Shown: positions 1 to 8,837 of the stretch, one piece after another
Layout of the letters: the number at the start of each line of letters is the position of its first letter
Numbering within the stretch: position 1 is the stretch's first letter
DNA from: a virus
Taxonomy: Duplodnaviria; Caudoviricetes
Length of the DNA stretch: 28,860 bases
Direction: 5' to 3' (one strand)
Virus record (IMG/VR): IMGVR_UViG_3300011253_000542
Span: 1-28,860 of that record
Program-made: the position numbers and the translations under genes
The notes under the pieces: generated by a model
Database searches by the model: none
What the model was told of the DNA's origin: nothing
Seen by the model: only the letters and a program-made list of their open reading frames with translations

Positions 1-1
1 A

Positions 2-499
2 GGTGATAGAAAAAATAAAAAAATTCCAAAAAAAGATGGGATTTACATAAGCGATAGAGATTTGTATAGTGTTTGGCATGGTATTAAATATAGATGTACA
101 AATGAAAAAAGTACATCATTTAAAAATTATGGTGGTAGAGGAATAAAAATATGTGATTTGTGGAATAATGATTTTTATAAATTTGAAAAATGGTCTTTAA
201 ATAATGGGTATAAAAAAGGGTTGCAAATAGATAGAATTAACAATAATGGAAATTATGAACCATCAAATTGTCGTTATGTAGAACCATATATAAATGCAAC
301 AAATAGAAGGTCCTTAAAAAATACCAGTGGTTTTATTGGAGTTCATAAAAATACAGAATCAAACACTTATCGTGTTTTAATTAATTTTAAAAATAAAAGA
401 CACGATTTAGGTAATTTTAAAAATAAGGTTGAAGCTGCTATATTTAGAGATCAAAAAATAATAAAAAACAATTTACCACACAATAGAAATATATTATAA
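2..499 (+). CDS. HNH endonuclease with C-terminal AP2 DNA-binding domain (homing-endonuclease-like), probably 5'-truncated by the window
   Basis: Motifs W..IKYRC, NYGGRGIKIC, QIDRINNNGNYEPSNCRY, then AP2-like NTSGFIGV...HDLGNF..KVEAA. Frame is open from position 2, so the TTG at 62 need not be the start. Stop overlaps terS start (TAATG). Confidence 0.85.
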   Translation, partial: GDRKNKKIPKKDGIYISDRDLYSVWHGIKYRCTNEKSTSFKNYGGRGIKICDLWNNDFYKFEKWSLNNGYKKGLQIDRINNNGNYEPSNCRYVEPYINATNRRSLKNTSGFIGVHKNTESNTYRVLINFKNKRHDLGNFKNKVEAAIFRDQKIIKNNLPHNRNIL

Positions 500-975
500 T
501 GGGCAAAAGAAGACAAGTACCACCACCAAAAGCAATAACAATAAAAAAGGGTTATTATCAACCATCAAGGCATGACGATCCAATTGCAGACACGAATGCT
601 TTGCAATGGGTTCACAACGAAGTGCCATCACCACCTGAAGATTTGAATGATGTTGCAAAAAAAATGTGGACTCAACAACTTATGCAGTCACAAAAACTAT
701 ATGGTTATATATCATTTATTGACTTGACTTTATTTAAAGAATATTGTTATGTGTATAGTGAATTGGAATGGTTAAAAGAAAATACAAAAGGAAGGTTTTA
801 TATTGATGACAAAGGAATGAAAAGAATTGATCCATTATATACGGAATTAAATAAATTACGAAAGGACTTTTTAAGATTGTCACAAGAGTTTGGATTTAGT
901 CCAAGTGCAAGAACAAGAATCCAACTACAACAAAAACCTGAAGAAGATAAAGATATTTATTCGGATGGCATATAA
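499..975 (+). CDS. terS: Terminase small subunit (P27-like)
   Basis: PSPPEDLNDVAKKMW, YC..Y, IDPL, EFGFSPSARTRI motifs; directly upstream of terL. Confidence 0.9.
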   Translation: MGKRRQVPPPKAITIKKGYYQPSRHDDPIADTNALQWVHNEVPSPPEDLNDVAKKMWTQQLMQSQKLYGYISFIDLTLFKEYCYVYSELEWLKENTKGRFYIDDKGMKRIDPLYTELNKLRKDFLRLSQEFGFSPSARTRIQLQQKPEEDKDIYSDGI

Positions 976-2563
976 AACTAATTTTAAAAATATTGATTTA
1001 GATAAATATTACTTTGATGAAAAGACTGCAAATATTGTGGTTCGATATATTGAAGAAAATGTTAAGCACGTAAAAGGTGACAAAGCTGGTGAACCATTTA
1101 TTTTGGAGCAATGGCAAAAGGATGATATTATAAAACCTTTGTTTGGCTGGAAACACAAAGCAACTGGACTTCGAAAATACACAAGTGCATACATTGAGAT
1201 TCCAAAAAAATCAGGTAAGTCATTTTTGGCTGCATCAATTGCGTGTGTTTTTATAGACATTGAACGTGAAGGTGGTTCGGAAATTGTTGGTGTTGCTTGG
1301 GGAAGAAAACAAGCTGGTTTGGTGTTTGAAGCAACAAAGCAAGTGATTCAAAAATCACCAAGATTAAAATCCAAGTGTAATATTTATAGAAACTCAATAA
1401 CTGCACCTGACCACATTGGTGGTTTAAAAACATATCAAATACTTTCAAAAGAAGCTGGTGGTGAAGATGGTATAAATCCACAACTGGCAATCATTGATGA
1501 GTTGCATGTTCATAAGAACAATGAGGTCCTTGAGATGGTTGAGAAATCACAAGGTGCAAGGAAACAACCTTTGTCGTTTATTATCACAACTGCTGGTTCT
1601 GATTTATATGGTATTGGATACCAAAGGCATGAACAAGCAATTGACATTGCAAAAGGTTTGATTGAAGATGAATCACAACTTGTTTGCATTTATGGTGCGG
1701 ACAAAGAAGATGATCCATTTGATGAACGTACTTGGAAAAAAGCAAATCCAAACTACAATATAAGTATTGGTAAACGTGCATATGAAAAGGAAGCAAACAA
1801 AGCAATGGTCAGTGCAGCAAGTTTGAACTCATTCAAAAGATATTATCTAAATGTTTGGACACAATCAAAGGATGGATGGATAAATGATGAGGTATGGACC
1901 AAATCACATTGGGATTTTGATAATGAGATGTTGCGTGATTATCCTTGCTATGGTGGACTTGATTTGTCATCACGAAGTGACATCACTGCATTTTCTTTGG
2001 TTTGGAAAATAGATGAAAAGTATTATTCTAAAAATTGGTTTTGGTTACCTGAAGACAAAGGAACACAATCAGCTGATAAAAAAAATATCAACTATCGTGA
2101 ATGGGTTCGTGATGATTTTATTGAAGAAACAAGTGGAAATGTAATTGACTATGATTTTATAATATACAAACTTGGTCAGTTAAACAAGTTGTATGATATT
2201 CAATCCATTGCATATGACAATTGGAACTCACATCACATTGCACCAAAGTTATATGAAGAAGGTTTTGACCTTATTGAGTTTAGACAAGGTTTCAAATCTA
2301 TGAATGCACCAACCAAAGAACTTCAGGCAATGGTTGAAAGTAAAAAGTTTAATCATGGCAATAATCCAGTTTTACGTTGGATGGTTGGCAATGCTTCGGT
2401 AAAGTCTGATCCCGCTGGAAACATAAAACTTGAAAAAGACACACGTTCACCTAACAAAAAGATTGATGGATTAATTTCAAACATCATGGCATTTGGTTTG
2501 TGGTTGGACAAACCTGATTCAAACAAATCTTATTTGGAAGATGGCAATTTATATATTATATGA
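965..2563 (+). CDS. terL: Terminase large subunit (cos-type, HK97-like)
   Basis: LEQWQ, Walker A IPKKSGKS, Walker B IIDELH, ITTAG motif, nuclease GGLDLS..D, KKIDG. ATG at 965 overlapping the terS end is preferred over the track start at 890. Confidence 0.95.
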   Translation: MAYKTNFKNIDLDKYYFDEKTANIVVRYIEENVKHVKGDKAGEPFILEQWQKDDIIKPLFGWKHKATGLRKYTSAYIEIPKKSGKSFLAASIACVFIDIEREGGSEIVGVAWGRKQAGLVFEATKQVIQKSPRLKSKCNIYRNSITAPDHIGGLKTYQILSKEAGGEDGINPQLAIIDELHVHKNNEVLEMVEKSQGARKQPLSFIITTAGSDLYGIGYQRHEQAIDIAKGLIEDESQLVCIYGADKEDDPFDERTWKKANPNYNISIGKRAYEKEANKAMVSAASLNSFKRYYLNVWTQSKDGWINDEVWTKSHWDFDNEMLRDYPCYGGLDLSSRSDITAFSLVWKIDEKYYSKNWFWLPEDKGTQSADKKNINYREWVRDDFIEETSGNVIDYDFIIYKLGQLNKLYDIQSIAYDNWNSHHIAPKLYEEGFDLIEFRQGFKSMNAPTKELQAMVESKKFNHGNNPVLRWMVGNASVKSDPAGNIKLEKDTRSPNKKIDGLISNIMAFGLWLDKPDSNKSYLEDGNLYII

Positions 2564-2967
2564 AAATACCAAAAAAAATTTATGATGTGTTAAACAATAA
2601 AAGGAACTTTGATTTCTTGTTTCTTGAAATGTTAAAACATCACACCAGTGAAGATGCCTATGATGCTGCACTTGATTTGGTTCGTGAATATGCACCACAT
2701 TTTAATCATTACAAAGATTTTGATTCTTATCGTGTGATATTATCAAATAAAAACAATCGTGAGATTGAAGTTCCTGAAGAAATAATTGATGCGGTTACAA
2801 AAGGAATTGATGACTTGTTTCATAAGCATTTAAAAAAGGTTAAGATTCGCAAAATGGCATATGATCAATGTGTCAAAGAAATCAATATTTATTTACCTGA
2901 CTATAAACCACACAGAAATTATCAATCATTTAAAGCATTGCAATCAATTAATTTTAAGAAAAAGTAG
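2560..2967 (+). CDS. Hypothetical protein made of two tandem ~68-aa repeats
   Basis: ATGA overlap with terL; the halves align (KIPKKIYDV/EVPEEIIDA, DFLF/DDLF, AYD/AYD, YAP/YLP, DSY/QSF). Confidence 0.75.
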   Translation: MKIPKKIYDVLNNKRNFDFLFLEMLKHHTSEDAYDAALDLVREYAPHFNHYKDFDSYRVILSNKNNREIEVPEEIIDAVTKGIDDLFHKHLKKVKIRKMAYDQCVKEINIYLPDYKPHRNYQSFKALQSINFKKK

Positions 2968-3003
2968 TTAAATATTTTACATATTTATAAAAATGTAATG
3001 TTT

Positions 3004-3011
3004 CATTTTTG
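3004..3011 (+). promoter_or_regulatory. Possible Bacteroidota-type -7 element (CATTTTTG, one mismatch) before the portal gene
   Basis: 7/8 match to TAnnTTTG in an AT-rich intergenic gap, 5 nt before the GTG start. Confidence 0.35.
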
Positions 3012-3016
3012 CAATA

Positions 3017-4237
3017 GTGAATTTATTTGGATTTGAAATCAAAAGAATCAATCCAGTTCTATCCGCAAAAAAAGGTTTCTTAAATGCAAACTTTGGTGGA
3101 ATGATTGGAAGAACTCCAGTCACTGAACAAACTGCAATGGGTTTGTCAGCATATTGGGCTGGTGTAAGAAGAATTACAGAATCAGTGGCAATGTTGCCAG
3201 TTGAGGTTTTTCGAAAACAAAACGGAAGGCGTGAAATAGTTGCACATCCAACAGAATACTTGTTGAATGCTGAAGCAAACTATGAATCAATTTCTTTTGA
3301 CTTTACACAAATATTAATCACATCCGCAATCAATCATGGTAATGGTTTGGCAATTATTGAACGTGATCAATTTGGAACACCAACATCATTGGTCAATGTA
3401 ACTCGTGAACAATGCGAACCAATAAAATATGATGATGAGATTTATTGGAAAGTTCAAGTCAAGGAAGCATACAATGAAACTGAATCATTGCTTGTCAAAG
3501 ATGCTGACATGATTAATCTTCGAGGGTTTGGAGTTGATCCAGTTGTTGGACTTTCGGCAATACAAGCACACAAACAAAATCTTGGTTTATCAATTGCAGC
3601 ACAAGATTATGGGGCTGATTTTTTTAACAAAGGGAGTAGGATTGACGGCTTCATCGAATACGCTGGTGTTTTAAAACCTGAAACAAAAGATGCAATTAGT
3701 CAACAATGGGCTGCAAACTATGGACCAAATGGGACACGTGGAACTGCAATACTTGATGCTGGTTCAAAATATCATCGTATTGGACTTCCTCCAGCAGATG
3801 CTGAATGGATTTCAACTCGTAAATTCCAAAAGAATGAGATTGCAACAATTCTTGGAATACCATCTCACATGATTAATGAAATGGAAAATTCAACGTTTTC
3901 AAACATTGAACACCAGTCAATTGAATTTGTGACTTATTCAATTGGAACTTGGATTGAAAAGATTGAGCAAGAATATAGAAGAAAACTTCTTAAAGATACG
4001 GAAAAAATTGACCATTATTTCAAACACAATGTTGATAGACTTCTTCGAACTGATGTCAAAACAAAAGGTGAATATTATCGATTGATGACAGATATTGGTG
4101 CGTATAGCATAAACGATGTACTTGAATTAGAAGATAGGAATCCAATTGAAAATGGCGATGAACGTTATGTGCAAATCAATAGAATACCTATTGATGATAT
4201 GAAAGAATATTATAAAAAGGAAAATAATAATGAATAA
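3017..4237 (+). CDS. Portal protein, HK97 family
   Basis: AYWAGVRRITESVAMLP, HGNG, VGLSAI, EIATILGIPSHMI, TFSNIEHQ motifs; position after terminase. Confidence 0.95.
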   Translation: MNLFGFEIKRINPVLSAKKGFLNANFGGMIGRTPVTEQTAMGLSAYWAGVRRITESVAMLPVEVFRKQNGRREIVAHPTEYLLNAEANYESISFDFTQILITSAINHGNGLAIIERDQFGTPTSLVNVTREQCEPIKYDDEIYWKVQVKEAYNETESLLVKDADMINLRGFGVDPVVGLSAIQAHKQNLGLSIAAQDYGADFFNKGSRIDGFIEYAGVLKPETKDAISQQWAANYGPNGTRGTAILDAGSKYHRIGLPPADAEWISTRKFQKNEIATILGIPSHMINEMENSTFSNIEHQSIEFVTYSIGTWIEKIEQEYRRKLLKDTEKIDHYFKHNVDRLLRTDVKTKGEYYRLMTDIGAYSINDVLELEDRNPIENGDERYVQINRIPIDDMKEYYKKENNNE

Positions 4238-4829
4238 AATAGAAAGACTTGCAGAGGTTCGAAATATAAATGAAGTAGAACGAACTGCACAATTTGTTAT
4301 ATCAACAGAATCCATTGATAGACATGGTACATCATTTAAACTTGATGGATGGGATTTGTCAACTTATGACCGCAATCCAATTGTTGGATATAATCACGAA
4401 GTGAGTGGTTCGAATCCTGACACAATCATTGGAACATCAAGAGTGTTTAGAGATGGTGATGCTTTGATTGGTGAAGTAACATTTGAACGTGAAGGAAATA
4501 ATCCTTTGGCTGACAAAGTATTCAATAAAATGCAAGATGGCATTTTGAAAATGGCAAGTGTTGGAGCAATTCCGCATGAGTATCGTTATGGCAACAAAGA
4601 AGATGAGGACAGAAACACAATTTACTTCACACGTCAAGAATTAGTTGAATGGTCAATTGTAAGTGCTGGTTCAAATCGTGATGCGTTCAAACGAAGTGCT
4701 GACCAAGTTGATGAACTTAAAAAATCACTTGAGGTTGAACAAGAAATTGTTGAACAAGAAATGGGACTTGAAACAAAATCGGCTTTGCGAAATTATAACA
4801 AAGTTAAAATTGTTACAAAGTACCTATAA
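4230..4829 (+). CDS. Prohead maturation protease, HK97 family
   Basis: ISTESIDRHG, NPIVGYNH (catalytic His), MASVG (catalytic Ser), ELVEWSIV. Confidence 0.9.
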   Translation: MNKIERLAEVRNINEVERTAQFVISTESIDRHGTSFKLDGWDLSTYDRNPIVGYNHEVSGSNPDTIIGTSRVFRDGDALIGEVTFEREGNNPLADKVFNKMQDGILKMASVGAIPHEYRYGNKEDEDRNTIYFTRQELVEWSIVSAGSNRDAFKRSADQVDELKKSLEVEQEIVEQEMGLETKSALRNYNKVKIVTKYL

Positions 4830-4866
4830 TTAAATAATTGATTTTTGTAGTATTAAAATTTAGAAA

Positions 4867-6072
4867 ATGAGAAATAGTAAAGTAATAAGAGAAGAAATCG
4901 GTGAAGTGAAAACTTCCCTTGATGCTCTTGAAAATTTAGTATCTGAAGAAAATAGAGATTTTACTGAAGATGAAAAAGTATCATTTGATACAAACATGGA
5001 AAGATTAACTGAATTAGTTGATGAACTTCCAAAAGTAGAAAAAGAAGAAGAAATAAGAATGAAAGCAGCAAATTTAGGTGGAAGTCCAGTGGTGGCAGAA
5101 ACTAAAGAAGAAAAAGAAATAGTAAGAGAATTTTCTTTTGGTAAAGCGGTACGTGCAGCATTTGGTGGAAAACTTGAAGGAGTTGAAGCTGAAATGGCTC
5201 AAGAAGGTCAAAAAGAAATGACTGCAATTGGTCGAAGTGCAAACGGAATCGTTATACCATCAATGATTTTAAATCGTGCGGTTGTTACTGAAAACGGAAC
5301 TTCAGGAATTGAAACTCAAAGTTTTGTTGATGCAGTTTATGCAAACACAATTCTTGATGATCTTGGTGTTACACGTGTATCATCTACAACTGATCAACGT
5401 ATTCCAATTTTGGGAGCGGTTACAACTCAATGGGAAGGTGAAACTGATGCAGCTGCTGATGGTGGTTCTGCAATGAGCAAAAAAGACCTTGCACCAAAAA
5501 GACTTGCAAGTTTTGTCGATTATAGTAAACAAGCCGCTATGCAGCATAACGAATCACTTGAAACTGCATTGAGAAACTCAATTGCACAAGCGGTTGGAGC
5601 AAAAGTTGAATACGCTTTATTCACTGATGATTCTGCAAATGGTTCTTATAATTATTTAGGTAACGGAAAAACTCCAGTGACAAATGCAAACATCACTAAC
5701 TTGATGATGGCATTAGTTGAGGAAGTTCAATCTAATAACCACAACAGAGGTAATTTAGGATTTGCAATCAGCAACGATTTATTTAGTGAAGTTTATACTG
5801 CTGCACAAGTAAGTGGTGTTAATCCATTAATCATCAACGAAATGATTATGGGAGTAATGGCTAAGTTCTCAAATCAAATTGCTGACATAACTAACCCTGC
5901 GGTTTATTATGGTGACTTCTCAAAAGTTCAAATTGCACAATTTGGTGGAGTTGAGATTTTGGTTGATCCTTACACACAAGCGGTAAGCGGAACAAACAGA
6001 TTAATCCTAAACTCATACTGGGATGCTGCACTTGTTCAAGATGCTGCAATCAGTGTTGGAACTTTCGGATAA
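4867..6072 (+). CDS. Major capsid protein, HK97 fold with N-terminal scaffold (delta) domain
   Basis: Acidic coiled-coil N-terminus, WEGE, LAPKRL, YYGDFS, VEILVDPYT motifs; followed by a terminator. Confidence 0.95.
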   Translation: MRNSKVIREEIGEVKTSLDALENLVSEENRDFTEDEKVSFDTNMERLTELVDELPKVEKEEEIRMKAANLGGSPVVAETKEEKEIVREFSFGKAVRAAFGGKLEGVEAEMAQEGQKEMTAIGRSANGIVIPSMILNRAVVTENGTSGIETQSFVDAVYANTILDDLGVTRVSSTTDQRIPILGAVTTQWEGETDAAADGGSAMSKKDLAPKRLASFVDYSKQAAMQHNESLETALRNSIAQAVGAKVEYALFTDDSANGSYNYLGNGKTPVTNANITNLMMALVEEVQSNNHNRGNLGFAISNDLFSEVYTAAQVSGVNPLIINEMIMGVMAKFSNQIADITNPAVYYGDFSKVQIAQFGGVEILVDPYTQAVSGTNRLILNSYWDAALVQDAAISVGTFG

Positions 6073-6100
6073 TTCATAAATAGTAATTAGTTAAATATAT

Positions 6101-6135
6101 AAAGAGGGTGGGTTTTGCCCATCCTCTTTTTTTTT
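6101..6135 (+). terminator. Rho-independent terminator after capsid gene
   Basis: AAAGAGGGTGGG / CCCATCCTCTTT stem followed by a long T run. Confidence 0.85.
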
Positions 6136-6143
6136 AAAAGCAA

Positions 6144-6698
6144 ATGATAAGAAACAAAAAAATAACAAGCTATACACCTGAAGCAAATTGGGGTTTGACT
6201 TTGGTTGAAGCAAAAAGACATTTAAACATATTGGATTCATCATTTGATGATTTAATAAACGACTACATAGCATCTGCACATTTAATGTTATGGAACGAAG
6301 CTGGTTTGCTTATCAAGGGCGGTGTGACTGGTTACATGATTGAATGGGATGACTTTAGAATTGATGTCAATCCTATTGATACCTTTTCAATTTACTATTA
6401 TGATTCTAATAACACACGTACATTGTTAGATTCATCAAAATACATTGCAACAAATGGACTTTATTCATATGTAGAAATGAAGGACAATTTGCCAAACTTA
6501 TATGATCGTGATTTTCCAATTGAAATTGAAATAACAACTTTGGCGAATACTGATGACATGATAAAACAAGCATTGCGAATGATAGTTTCGGATTTCTTTG
6601 AAAATAGACAAAGCACAATTGTTGGAAGTAACTTGCATAATTTATCACGTGGAACTAAATTCCAAATGTCAATGGTAAGCCAACGAACTGAAATATGA
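6144..6698 (+). CDS. Head-tail connector (gp6-like, long form)
   Basis: LTLVEAKRHLNI..DDLINDYI at N-terminus and IKQALRMIVSDFFENR at C-terminus. Confidence 0.85.
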   Translation: MIRNKKITSYTPEANWGLTLVEAKRHLNILDSSFDDLINDYIASAHLMLWNEAGLLIKGGVTGYMIEWDDFRIDVNPIDTFSIYYYDSNNTRTLLDSSKYIATNGLYSYVEMKDNLPNLYDRDFPIEIEITTLANTDDMIKQALRMIVSDFFENRQSTIVGSNLHNLSRGTKFQMSMVSQRTEI

Positions 6699-7006
6699 AC
6701 ATAGGTCGTTTAGATAGAAAAATTGTGATTGAGTCACAAACGTTTTCAACCAATTCAATTGGTGAATACACTGCAAGTTGGTCAACATATCACACAACCT
6801 TTGCAAATGTGCAACGTGGTCTTGGTAATGAAAAAGTTGAAGCAGACCAAGTGACATCCACAAGCAAGGTCAAGTTCAAGATTCGTTTCTTTGATGGAAT
6901 AGATGAATCAATGCGGATTTTATACAACACAAAATACTATGACATTCTTGACATCCAAGAACTTGGTCGTGAAGGTCTAATGATAAGTGCAAATAAAAAA
7001 CTATGA
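6695..7006 (+). CDS. Head closure / head-tail joining protein (SPP1 gp16-like)
   Basis: MNIGRLDRKIVI, KFKIRF, MRILY...YDI motifs. Confidence 0.9.
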   Translation: MNIGRLDRKIVIESQTFSTNSIGEYTASWSTYHTTFANVQRGLGNEKVEADQVTSTSKVKFKIRFFDGIDESMRILYNTKYYDILDIQELGREGLMISANKKL

Positions 7007-7473
7007 TAAAGTTTGACATACAAGGTTTTGATCATGTTGCACTTGAAATTCAATCATTGTCTGATGATAAAATGAAAAGGAGTGAAATCCTTAAAATATT
7101 AAGAAGGCAAATGAAGCCAGTTCTTGCAAAGATGAAACAAAATGCACCAAATCAACGAACAAAAGAAATAAAAGTTGGTGACACAATATATCCACCACAA
7201 GAACTCAAAAATTCACTTGCAATAAAAACATCACCTTTGAAAAATTATCCAAATGTTTTGGTTGGTCCAAGATACGGAGGAGGTGCAAAAAAGCATGATG
7301 GGTTTTATGCGTTTTGGATTGAATACGGTGTTGGAAAACACATCAACAACCCAACTGGAAAAAAGAATTTTATTCAGAAAACTTATTCTGAAATGAGTGA
7401 TAAAATATATGGTCAAGCGAGTAAAGAACTTGAAAAGTATATTAAAAGAAAAGCAAAAAAATTAAATTTATGA
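7003..7473 (+). CDS. HK97 gp10-like neck/tail component
   Basis: IQGFD, LKNSL, GFYAFWIEYG, NFI motifs; position. Confidence 0.75.
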   Translation: MIKFDIQGFDHVALEIQSLSDDKMKRSEILKILRRQMKPVLAKMKQNAPNQRTKEIKVGDTIYPPQELKNSLAIKTSPLKNYPNVLVGPRYGGGAKKHDGFYAFWIEYGVGKHINNPTGKKNFIQKTYSEMSDKIYGQASKELEKYIKRKAKKLNL

Positions 7474-7703
7474 GAATAGAATTAACAACGGATTATGCAA
7501 TCCACACAAGAACATTGCCTGAAGGATCACAATTGCGTGTTTCCAATAAATTAGGAAAAGAATTGATTGACTTAAAAGTAGCAAAAGCACTTGATGGTTT
7601 TACTTTTGAAGAAGAAATTGAACACATTGTTGAAGTAGCAATGGACAATGAAGAAAAGCCGAAAGTTAAAAAAGTTACAAAGAAGAAAAAATCTAATAAT
7701 TAA
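7470..7703 (+). CDS. Small hypothetical protein with Lys-rich tail
   Basis: ATGA overlap with the upstream gene; 77 aa ORF in the structural operon. Confidence 0.65.
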   Translation: MRIELTTDYAIHTRTLPEGSQLRVSNKLGKELIDLKVAKALDGFTFEEEIEHIVEVAMDNEEKPKVKKVTKKKKSNN

Positions 7704-7733
7704 TATTGTATTTAAATTTAAAAGAATAAAAAA

Positions 7734-8141
7734 ATGCCCTCGACTGGAATATTAAACGGAACATTAGCAAAAATACAAGTTGCTGGAACAACAGTAGCAC
7801 ACCTAACATCAAACTCATTGACATTTGATATGTCAACAAGGGAAGCAAGTACAAAAGACTCAAACGGATGGAAGCAAGCATTAGAAGGACAAAAATCATT
7901 TAGCGGTTCAGCTGAAGGATTTTTTGCTGAAGATGCAACTTACGGATATGAAGATTTGTTTGATGTATTTGCAGCAAGAACATTAGTAACTGTAACATGG
8001 ACAACTGATGTGACTGGTGACACAGAATACAGTGGCTCATGCTACATCACATCACTTGAAAAAACTGATGGACTTGAAGAATCAAGCACATTTTCAGTAT
8101 CATTTGAGGGAACTGGTGCAGTGACAAAAGCAACTGTGTAA
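7734..8141 (+). CDS. Major tail (tube) protein, TP901-1-like
   Basis: STKDSNGW, YSGSCYITSLE, STFSVSFEGTGAV motifs. Confidence 0.9.
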   Translation: MPSTGILNGTLAKIQVAGTTVAHLTSNSLTFDMSTREASTKDSNGWKQALEGQKSFSGSAEGFFAEDATYGYEDLFDVFAARTLVTVTWTTDVTGDTEYSGSCYITSLEKTDGLEESSTFSVSFEGTGAVTKATV

Positions 8142-8172
8142 GAAATTGATTTTTGTTATATTGTGATAAATG

Positions 8173-8203
8173 GGGGATGGGGGTAACTTCATCTCCTTTT
8201 TTT
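8173..8203 (+). terminator. Rho-independent terminator after tail tube gene
   Basis: GGGGATGGGG-GTAA-CTTCATCTCC stem with G-U pairs, then T7. Confidence 0.75.
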
Positions 8204-8210
8204 ATATTTG
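8203..8210 (+). promoter_or_regulatory. Bacteroidota sigma-A -7 element TATATTTG
   Basis: Exact TAnnTTTG, 4 nt before ATG 8215. Confidence 0.55.
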
Positions 8211-8214
8211 TAGC

Positions 8215-8502
8215 ATGATAAAAATTAATAACAAAGAGTACAAGTTTAAATTCGGTTTCAAAGCATTATTAATGTATGAAAAAGAAACTGGTTCATCAAT
8301 TTCAGAAATGGGTGAGAATGTGACAATGAACATGATTGTTGAAATTGCTTATGCTGGAATGAAGGCATCAGGTGAAAAGGTCACAAAAGATTTTATTATT
8401 AATGCAATTGATGATGACATGGGTTTAATCAGTGCGTTCACTGATGCAATGCAAAGTGATTTGAGTGCATTAGGTAATTTAAAGGTTGAAGCAAAAAAGT
8501 AA
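8215..8502 (+). CDS. Tail assembly chaperone (lambda gpG equivalent)
   Basis: MIKINNKEYKFKFGFKAL; lies between tube and tape measure genes; ends in slippery A AAA AAG. Start moved from 8170 to 8215. Confidence 0.8.
   Translation: MIKINNKEYKFKFGFKALLMYEKETGSSISEMGENVTMNMIVEIAYAGMKASGEKVTKDFIINAIDDDMGLISAFTDAMQSDLSALGNLKVEAKK
8493..8499 (+). other. Programmed -1 ribosomal frameshift site A_AAA_AAG
   Basis: GCA AAA AAG TAA; the -1 frame reads AAA GTA AAA TTG CCA straight into ORF 8505..8837. Confidence 0.8.
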
Positions 8503-8504
8503 AA

Positions 8505-8837
8505 TTGCCATTGATTAATTTCATAAGGGGGTTTGTGTTAGGTGCGTTAAAACAAACTCCTTTGTGTTTAGATAATTATTCGATGGTTGACATTTGGGAT
8601 GCGTACATTGGTCATCGTTTAAACGAAAATATAAATGCAAGATCATTGTGGGAAACTGCAAGATTGGTTTCATATGTTACGTTAAAATCACAAGGGCAAA
8701 AAACAATGAAAAAACCACAAGACTTGATGAAGTTTGAGTGGGAAGAACAAAGCGGTAAAAAAGGAACAAAATCAAATCCATACACAAAAGCAGAAATTGA
8801 ACAACTAAAAAAATTAAAACCAAACTGGTTCAAATAA
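8505..8837 (+). CDS. Tail assembly chaperone C-terminal part (gpT equivalent), likely expressed as a frameshift fusion
   Basis: WETAR...KPQDLMKFEWE; in the -1 frame of the upstream gene; abuts the tape measure gene. Confidence 0.75.
   Translation: MPLINFIRGFVLGALKQTPLCLDNYSMVDIWDAYIGHRLNENINARSLWETARLVSYVTLKSQGQKTMKKPQDLMKFEWEEQSGKKGTKSNPYTKAEIEQLKKLKPNWFK

Noticed and set aside
890-964. N-terminal extension of terL in the ORF track
   Set aside because: Lies inside terS; ATG 965 gives a normal short overlap
2970-2981. AAATATTTTACA shared with 23978-23989 as a possible operator
   Set aside because: A 12-nt AT-rich match with only two copies could easily be chance
8170-8214. Upstream ATG for the tail chaperone
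   Set aside because: Runs through the terminator hairpin; ATG 8215 gives a typical N-terminus
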